35,690 nucleotides of DNA from an uncultured Christensenellaceae bacterium (GTDB taxonomy: Bacteria > Bacillota > Clostridia > Christensenellales > CAG-138). The notes beneath the pieces are model-generated. The model did not search any database. It was not told the DNA's origin and saw only the letters and a program-made list of their open reading frames with translations. Shown here in pieces: positions 1 through 6,503 of the stretch. The translations under genes were made by a program, and so were the position numbers. Each line of letters opens with the position of its first letter. Positions within the stretch are counted from its first letter, which is position 1. Location: positions 1 through 35,690 of the forward strand of contig CABSAH010000002.1 in NCBI GenBank assembly GCA_902475645.1, in the 5' to 3' direction.

Positions 1-835
1 CGCCCTCCGTCATTGTGACCTTTCCGGTTTCGTTTTCTGCCGTAAATGTGCAGGATGCGGCGGCTATCGGCTCATATATGCCAACGCTTTGCGCAACGGC
101 CGTAAGGCGTTCTTCTATGGGCTGCGTGGAAGGAACGTACATAAGCAGCTTTTCCGCATCCTCATTAAGCGAACACATAAGCGCCGTATCGTCGGGCAGG
201 GCATATTTGTTTTCGGGAAATTGAATATCGTCATACGGCTCGTTGTAGCCGAATATCATTGTGAACGCTATGCCCGTGTATATTATAATCAGCATCGCCG
301 CGGCCCAAATAAAGCTTGAACGCTTGGGCATGGGAAGCTTGAATTCCTTAAAGTCTATCTTTTTGCGGAATATATAGGCGGCTAAAATATAAAGCGCGCA
401 GCCCGCAGCCATGCCTATGGCCGCATAAAGGTATTCATCCGTAACGAAGCCGCCGCCCTCAAGCAGAAAATATATGCGCGAGCAGAGCGAAACCAAAAGC
501 CCGCCCACAAACGCGCCTATCATCCTAAAGCGCGGGAACGCGGGCATGAATAAAAAGCCGGCCGCAATATAGGGCAGGGCGTAAGCAAAAAAATCCTCCA
601 GCGCAGCGGCGGAGCCGTATTCGCTTACGTCATAAAGCTTGTAAAACGGCATGAATATGCTCTCCGCCGGGGAAGGCAGGCCAAGCTTAAGCGCATAGGC
701 TACGCCGAGGCATGCGCAGAAGAGCACGCAATATACAGAACGAACGGCGCCTTCGCGCCGATAAACACCAATGCCCAGCATTGCGGCAAAGCCGATTATT
801 ACCGCAAAATTTATTATTATATCGAAACGGGACAA
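1..835 (-). CDS. Polytopic membrane protein, family not recognised (3' end runs off the left edge)
   Basis: Missing from the ORF track because no stop lies in the window. Reading the minus strand from TTG (835-833), with GGAGG 5 nt upstream (complement of 841-845), gives an open frame to nt 1: LSRFDIIINFAVIIGFAAMLGIGVYRREG...FLFMPAFPRFRMIGAFVGGLLVSL...IWAAAMLIIIYTGIAFTMIFGY. That is about 5-6 hydrophobic helices followed by a soluble tail. An in-frame ATG at 889-887 (MAKRVYNIDAIPKKAEVK...) without an SD is an alternative start. Confidence 0.55.
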   Translation of the reverse strand, partial: MSRFDIIINFAVIIGFAAMLGIGVYRREGAVRSVYCVLFCACLGVAYALKLGLPSPAESIFMPFYKLYDVSEYGSAAALEDFFAYALPYIAAGFLFMPAFPRFRMIGAFVGGLLVSLCSRIYFLLEGGGFVTDEYLYAAIGMAAGCALYILAAYIFRKKIDFKEFKLPMPKRSSFIWAAAMLIIIYTGIAFTMIFGYNEPYDDIQFPENKYALPDDTALMCSLNEDAEKLLMYVPSTQPIEERLTAVAQSVGIYEPIAAASCTFTAENETGKVTMTEG

Positions 836-998
836 TTTAACCTCCGCCTTTTTCGGTATTGCATCAATATTATAAACTCTTTTCGCCATATAATCAAACT
901 AAATTAACATAATGCACACATCAAGTTATGTACAGCGGCGGAATAAGATGGTATAGTATAGATTATATGTCTGTATGGTGGCGAAATGTCGTTTTGCC

Positions 999-1028
999 TT
1001 GACATGCGGACGTAGCAAAACATAAAAT
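999..1028 (+). promoter_or_regulatory. Candidate sigma-A promoter for the glmU-like/murF-like/ddl array
   Basis: TTGACA (999-1004), an 18-nt spacer, then TAAAAT (1023-1028), about 60 nt upstream of the ATG at 1090. A small GCGCA/TGCGC hairpin lies in the leader. Confidence 0.4.
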
Positions 1029-1089
1029 ATTCATTCAGAGGGGATTTCACGGCCAAGGCGCACATTGCGCGGCCTGAAGGGAGAGCAAT

Positions 1090-2253
1090 ATGGCAAATAT
1101 TTGTGCGGTGATATTGGGCGCGGATAAAAGCGCGCGCATGGGCAATGCGGCGGATGTGACCGTTGCGGGGCGCAGCATGGCGGCATGGGCGCTTGAAGCG
1201 GCGCATACAGTGGCGGAGGATGTTTTTATAGCGGCGGAGGGCGAAGCGGCGCAAGGCCTTATAAGCGGCGGCGCAAGGGCAATCGGCAGCGCAATTATGG
1301 ATTTGATAACGGCCATAGCGGATTACGATAGGGTCGTTCTGCTGTGCATGAATCAGATAATATCAAGGGAGGACGCTGAAAAGCTTGGCAAGTCGGCGGC
1401 GCCGTGCGCGGCGCTTACGCGCGGCGGCAGGGAAATGCTTGCATGGAGCATGGATACGGCTATGATTAAAAACGCCGCAAGCATAGATGCTCTCATCGGC
1501 TGCATGAACGCGGAATACATAGAGGCGGACGAATACGCAGCCGCCGCAATAACGGATAAAAAAACGCTCAGCCTTGCGGAGGGAGCGATGCAGCGGCGCA
1601 TAAGGGATATGCATTTTGAAAACGGCGTAAGCATTATTCAGCCCGAAACCGTATATATAGGCGCGGATGTTGAAATAGGCGAAAACGCCGTAATATGGCC
1701 GAACAACACGCTTACAGGCAAAACCAAAATAGGCAGGGGAACGGAATTGAAGCCCGGCTGCAATATAAACGACAGCACGATAGGCGAAAACTGCGTGCTC
1801 AATTATGTATTTGCCAACGAAGCGACGGTGGGCGACGGCGTTACGATAGGCCCATATGTCAATCTGCGGCCCAAAACAAACGTTGCAAACGGCTGCAAGA
1901 TAGGCGATTTTGTGGAGATTAAAAATTCAAACGTGGGCGAGGGTACAAAGCTGCCGCACCTAAGCTACATAGGCGATGCGGACGTTGGCGCGCGGGTAAA
2001 CGTGGGCTGCGGCTGCGTATTCGTGAATTACGATGGCGTGCATAAGCACCGCACCAAGGTCGGCAACGATGTATTCTTGGGCTGCCAGACCAATTTGGTG
2101 GCGCCCGTATCGGTTGGGGACGGGGCGTATACCGCGGCAGGCTCAACCATAAATAAGGATGTTCCTGCGGACGCAATGGCGTTTGCGCGCGCGCGGCAGG
2201 AAAATAAAGAAGGCTATGCATCGCGCTACAAGGCGCTGAAAAAGGGCGAATAA
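1090..2253 (+). CDS. GlmU-family protein: canonical C-terminal left-handed beta-helix acetyltransferase, with a shortened and divergent N-terminal nucleotidyltransferase domain
   Basis: 387 aa, with a GGGAGA RBS. The C-terminal part is GlmU-like (KLPHLSYIGDA, GCGCVFVNYDGVHKHRTKVGNDVFLGCQTNLVAPVSVGDGAYTAAGS). The N-terminal signature LxxGxGTRM reads LGADKSARM (1114-1140). Confidence 0.75.
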   Translation: MANICAVILGADKSARMGNAADVTVAGRSMAAWALEAAHTVAEDVFIAAEGEAAQGLISGGARAIGSAIMDLITAIADYDRVVLLCMNQIISREDAEKLGKSAAPCAALTRGGREMLAWSMDTAMIKNAASIDALIGCMNAEYIEADEYAAAAITDKKTLSLAEGAMQRRIRDMHFENGVSIIQPETVYIGADVEIGENAVIWPNNTLTGKTKIGRGTELKPGCNINDSTIGENCVLNYVFANEATVGDGVTIGPYVNLRPKTNVANGCKIGDFVEIKNSNVGEGTKLPHLSYIGDADVGARVNVGCGCVFVNYDGVHKHRTKVGNDVFLGCQTNLVAPVSVGDGAYTAAGSTINKDVPADAMAFARARQENKEGYASRYKALKKGE

Positions 2254-2273
2254 GCCGAGGGAGACAGGGCAAA

Positions 2274-3032
2274 GTGTATTGCGAGGTACTGGGGCTTAAA
2301 ACCGAATACGGGCGCAGGGGCGAGGGCAAGCCCATATTGATACTGCACGGCTGGGGCAGCAGCATACAGGCCATGGAGCCCGTTGCAAATTGCGTTGCAG
2401 CGCTTGGGTATGAGGCCGTATCGGTTGCGTTTCCGGGCTTTGGCGGCACGGAGGAGCCGAGGGAGCCGTGGGGCGTTAAGGACTACGCCCGCTTTACAAG
2501 GGCCTTTATTGAACAGCAGGGCATAGAGGGCTGCTCGGTTGCGTGCCATTCATTCGGCGGGCGTGTTACAATAATGCTTGCGGCGGAGGATAACGCGCTT
2601 TTCGATAAGCTTATTATGATAGACGCGGCGGGCGTGCGGCCCAAGCGCACCGTGAGGTATCATATAAAAACATGGGCCTACAAGCTTGGCAAAAGGCTTG
2701 CCAAAATAGGCTTTATTGATAGAATATTCAGGCTTAGCGAACGGCAGAGGAACGCCGGCAGCGAGGATTACCGCGCGCTTAAATCCGACGTTATGCGAAA
2801 AACGTTCGTAAACGTTGTGAATCAGGATTTATCGCCGCTGCTTAGCGCCATAAATAACGATACGCTGCTTATATGGGGCGATAAGGACACGGCCACGCCG
2901 CTTGAATACGCAAGGCTTATGGAAAAGAAAATGCCCAATGCCGGTTTAGCCGTGCTGGAAGGCGCGGGGCATTTTTCATACGCGGAAAAATATCCGCAGT
3001 TCTGTGCCGTTATGAAGGCATATTTGAAATGA
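2274..3032 (+). CDS. Alpha/beta-fold hydrolase
   Basis: 252 aa with a GTG start after GGGAGA. It has ILILHGWGSS (oxyanion region), a CHSFGG nucleophile elbow, and late GDKD and GAGHF motifs that fit a Ser-Asp-His triad. Confidence 0.75.
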   Translation: MYCEVLGLKTEYGRRGEGKPILILHGWGSSIQAMEPVANCVAALGYEAVSVAFPGFGGTEEPREPWGVKDYARFTRAFIEQQGIEGCSVACHSFGGRVTIMLAAEDNALFDKLIMIDAAGVRPKRTVRYHIKTWAYKLGKRLAKIGFIDRIFRLSERQRNAGSEDYRALKSDVMRKTFVNVVNQDLSPLLSAINNDTLLIWGDKDTATPLEYARLMEKKMPNAGLAVLEGAGHFSYAEKYPQFCAVMKAYLK

Positions 3033-3051
3033 TGGGAGAAGTTTTTTAACT

Positions 3052-4710
3052 ATGGGAAATGAGCTTGTCAGCAGTATTATGAGCTATGCGCTCAGCGTGC
3101 TTATGGGCGCGGCGGTGGTCGCGGCCTCCGTTCAGCTTGTGCATATACTGCAGCTTGAAAGCTATCAGGGCAAAATGTATCTGAAATGGCTTATAAAGCA
3201 TATCGGTTCGGACTTTATGCCAAGCTTTGTTGCGGGCGCGGCGGCGCTTGCGCTGAAGGCGGGATATGTGCTTATAGGCGGGGCGAATCCGCTCATAGGC
3301 TTAATATGCTATTACCTTGCGGATATTGTATACATAGCCATGCTTGCAATAATTTATTTTTCATATGAAAAGAAGCCGCATGCAAAGCCCATTGTATATA
3401 CGGGCCGCGTAAAGCGGCTGCTTATAGCGGAATTCGTATTGGCAACGCTGTTCAGCGCAATGTTCTTTTCGCCGCTGCTTTGGGAGCAATACGGCCTTGT
3501 GTGGATATTATACATGCCGCCCATGATAATACGCTATCTTCCCGGCCTTATACTGCCCCTGTTCGTGTTCGTATGCTATATAATAACCTACCCGATAGAG
3601 GAAGGCGTAAAGCAATGGTACCTTGGCGATGCAAGGCGTATGCTTAATGAACACGAAGGGCTCATACGCATAGGCGTAACGGGGAGCTACGGCAAAACCG
3701 GCGTTAAGTATGCACTGGGTGCCATACTCGGCCGCAGGTACGATACGCTTATAACACCCGGCAGCTATAATACGCCGATGGGCGTAACGCGCACGGTAAG
3801 GGAGAATTTAAGCGATGCGAACGAGGTTTTTGTTGCGGAAATGGGCGCGCGCTACGTGGGCGACATAAAAACGCTGTGCAGGCTGGTGCGGCCGCAATAC
3901 GGCATAATAACCGCCGTGGGCAAGCAGCACCTTGAAACCTTCAAAAGCCTTGATAATATAATAAGCACTAAGGCGGAGCTTATAGGCGGGCTTGAAAAGG
4001 ACGGCTGCTGCTTCCTGAACGGGGATGATGAAAACTGCCGCAGGATATTTGATGAATATGCATCCGTCCGCAAGCTGTACCTTTACGGAACAGAGGGCGA
4101 CGGGCTTTGCATGAAGGCCGAAAACACAAAGGTAGCGAGCGAGGGTAGCACGTTTGACCTTGCCGCGCAGGACGGCGCACGCATAAGCTGCACGACAAGG
4201 CTGCTTGGACGGCACAATATACTAAATCTTACCGCGGCGGCGGCGCTTGCATATAAGCTTGGCATGAGCATGGAGGAAATAGCCGAAGGCATAGCGGCGG
4301 CGGAGCCGGTGGAGCATAGGCTTCAGCTTATACCGGGCGCGGTAACGGTAATTGACGATGCGTTCAATTCAAACCCCGTAGGTTCCAAGGAGGCGCTTAG
4401 GGTGCTTGGCTCGTTTGAGGGCAAAAAGCGCATAGTGGTAACGCCGGGCATGGTTGAGCTTGGCGCGGAGGAGGCGGAGCTGAACCGCGAATTCGGCCGC
4501 TGCATAGCTGAAAATGCGGACGTGGCCATAATAATAGGCAAGGCTCATGCGGACCCGATATGCGAAGGCATAAAGGAGCGCGGCTTTGACGAAGCGAACC
4601 TTGTGCGCGTGGCAAGCCTTAAGGAGGCCACGGAAAAGCTGGCGCAGTACGGCGGGGCGGGCAGCGTGGTGCTGTTTGAAAACGATTTGCCGGATAATTA
4701 TAACGAATAA
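3052..4710 (+). CDS. murF: Mur ligase family protein, MurF-like (D-Ala-D-Ala-adding type), with an N-terminal polytopic membrane domain of about 200 aa
   Basis: 552 aa. Residues 1-185 form 5-6 hydrophobic helices. These are followed by the P-loop GVTGSYGKTG (3673-3702) and then TPGSYNTPMGV, AEMGA, ITAVGKQHLETF, NGDD, GRHNILN, EHRLQ, IDDAFNSNP and VTPGMVELG, which follow the MurF motif order. ddl lies directly downstream. Confidence 0.7.
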   Translation: MGNELVSSIMSYALSVLMGAAVVAASVQLVHILQLESYQGKMYLKWLIKHIGSDFMPSFVAGAAALALKAGYVLIGGANPLIGLICYYLADIVYIAMLAIIYFSYEKKPHAKPIVYTGRVKRLLIAEFVLATLFSAMFFSPLLWEQYGLVWILYMPPMIIRYLPGLILPLFVFVCYIITYPIEEGVKQWYLGDARRMLNEHEGLIRIGVTGSYGKTGVKYALGAILGRRYDTLITPGSYNTPMGVTRTVRENLSDANEVFVAEMGARYVGDIKTLCRLVRPQYGIITAVGKQHLETFKSLDNIISTKAELIGGLEKDGCCFLNGDDENCRRIFDEYASVRKLYLYGTEGDGLCMKAENTKVASEGSTFDLAAQDGARISCTTRLLGRHNILNLTAAAALAYKLGMSMEEIAEGIAAAEPVEHRLQLIPGAVTVIDDAFNSNPVGSKEALRVLGSFEGKKRIVVTPGMVELGAEEAELNREFGRCIAENADVAIIIGKAHADPICEGIKERGFDEANLVRVASLKEATEKLAQYGGAGSVVLFENDLPDNYNE

Positions 4711-4740
4711 ATTGAACGGAATGGCGGAGGAGAAGTGAGT

Positions 4741-5907
4741 ATGCAGAATGTTGGCGTATTCTTCGGCAGCAGGGCTGCCGAGCATGACGTGTCCGTAATA
4801 TCCGGACTTCAAATATTGGAAAACGCGGATAAGGCCAAATACAATGCGTTTCCCGTTTACGTTTCGCGCAAGGGCGAATGGTTCGTGGGCGAACCGCTAA
4901 GGAGCATTGAAACCTATAAGCACTTTGATGAAAACATGAAGGGGCTTACAAAGGTTTATCTTCCACCCGTACCGGGCATGGGCGGGCTTTATGCTAACGC
5001 TGGCGGCCTTTTTGCCAAGGCAAGGCTCGTTTGCCCCATGGATTGCGCAATACTGGCGTTCCACGGCATGAACGGCGAGGATGGGACGATGCAGGGACTG
5101 ATGGAGCTTGCGGATATGCCGTATTCAAGCTGCGGCGTACTCGGCAGCGCGGTCGGCATGGATAAAATAGTTATGAAGGCCGTGTTCAAAAGCATGGGTC
5201 TTAATGTGCTTGAAGGCACGTATTGCTACCGCGATACATGGCGCGGCGACAGGGAAAGCATAATAGCGGAGGCCGAAAAAATAGGCTATCCGGTATATGT
5301 TAAGCCCGCCAATTTAGGATCCTCCATAGGCATATCCCGCGCGGCGGACAGGGAGGGCTTTATAAAGGCCATGGATACCGCCTGCGCATACGATAAGCGG
5401 ATATTGATAGAAAAGGGCCTTGAAAAGCCGCGGGAAATAAACTGCGCCTGCTTGGGCATGGGGGCGGACTGCGTGGCGTCGCTGTGCGAAGAGCCCGTAT
5501 CGTGGGAGGAATTCCTGACATTTGATTCAAAGTATATAACGGGCGCGGGGAAGGGAATGCAGGCCCAGGCAAGGAAGCTGCCCGCACCCATAAGCGATGA
5601 GCTTACCGCATTGATACAGCAGACCACGCGCGAAATATTTGCAATGCTTGATTGCCGCGGCGTGGTAAGGATAGATTATATGCTCGACGGCGCAAGCGGC
5701 ACGCCCTATGTATGCGAAATAAACACAATACCCGGCTCGTTTGCGTTCTATCTGTTCGAGCCTATGGGCATAAGCTTTAAGCAGCTTGTGGATAGGCTTA
5801 TAGAGCTTGCGTTTGCGGGCGCGGAGGAAAAGCGGGCGAGTACGTTCGCATTTGATTCCCAAATACTTGAAAAGGCTTCAAACGGCATAAAGACCGTTAA
5901 AAAATAA
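4741..5907 (+). CDS. ddl: D-alanine--D-alanine ligase
   Basis: VGVFFGSRAAEHDVSVISG, FHGMNGEDGTMQGLMELADMPY, GYPVYVKPANLGSSIGI and an NTIPG-type C-terminus. The ATG at 4741 is better spaced from GGAGGAG (4726-4732) than the track's GTG at 4735. Confidence 0.9.
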   Translation: MQNVGVFFGSRAAEHDVSVISGLQILENADKAKYNAFPVYVSRKGEWFVGEPLRSIETYKHFDENMKGLTKVYLPPVPGMGGLYANAGGLFAKARLVCPMDCAILAFHGMNGEDGTMQGLMELADMPYSSCGVLGSAVGMDKIVMKAVFKSMGLNVLEGTYCYRDTWRGDRESIIAEAEKIGYPVYVKPANLGSSIGISRAADREGFIKAMDTACAYDKRILIEKGLEKPREINCACLGMGADCVASLCEEPVSWEEFLTFDSKYITGAGKGMQAQARKLPAPISDELTALIQQTTREIFAMLDCRGVVRIDYMLDGASGTPYVCEINTIPGSFAFYLFEPMGISFKQLVDRLIELAFAGAEEKRASTFAFDSQILEKASNGIKTVKK

Positions 5908-5952
5908 TAAAAGCGCATCAGCCATGCGCACGCAAGAAAGGATAAACAAAAG

Positions 5953-6459
5953 ATGACTAATCTGTATCAGGAGTGGAGAAACATTGCCGAGGCCGAGCGC
6001 ACGCAGGAGGCCGGCGAAAAATTCTGGAACGAATACTTTGAAGCGGAAACCGAGAATTACGAAAAGCTGCTTGCCGACCATGAAAAGGTTTACAGCGGCA
6101 AAATAAGCGAGCTTGCCCCCATGTTCAACATGGATGAACCAACGTTTGTGGGCTTTATAGACGGCATAAACACCAGCCTTAAAACCGAAATAGATTTGGA
6201 TTCGCTGGAAAGCGACAGCGTGGTAACGCTGGATATAGACTTTGAAAAGCTGTATTACAATATGCATGAGGCCAAGGCAAGCTGGCTTTATGAGCTGAAG
6301 GAATGGGACGGGGTATTAAGCAAAGACAAGCGCCACGAAATAACCAAGCAGTACCGCGCATCCAAGGTGTTCTTTAGGAAAAACACCGTGCGCAGGAACG
6401 ATCTCTGTCCCTGCGGCAGCGGAAAGAAATACAAAAACTGCTGCGGCAAAAACGCCTGA
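5953..6459 (+). CDS. SEC-C metal-binding motif protein
   Basis: 168 aa ending in CPCGSGKKYKNCCGKNA, the SEC-C zinc motif. The N-terminal domain is not recognised. Confidence 0.7.
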   Translation: MTNLYQEWRNIAEAERTQEAGEKFWNEYFEAETENYEKLLADHEKVYSGKISELAPMFNMDEPTFVGFIDGINTSLKTEIDLDSLESDSVVTLDIDFEKLYYNMHEAKASWLYELKEWDGVLSKDKRHEITKQYRASKVFFRKNTVRRNDLCPCGSGKKYKNCCGKNA

Positions 6460-6503
6460 TAGGGCAATAATATAAACCGACGCAAATAAGGAGGAACGCA
6501 TTT

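Noticed and set aside
15-319. Two + strand ORFs (15-224 and 89-319) at the left edge
   Set aside because: They overlap the long uninterrupted minus-strand membrane-protein frame (1-835), have no RBS, and have implausible composition.
3052-5907. The murF-like and ddl pair, considered as a vancomycin-resistance-type (van) cluster
   Set aside because: There is no vanH-like dehydrogenase, vanX/Y peptidase or adjacent vanRS. The two-component systems are more than 12 kb away behind unrelated operons. I cannot tell D-Ala-D-Ala from D-Ala-D-Lac/Ser specificity by eye, and nothing else supports a resistance cassette.
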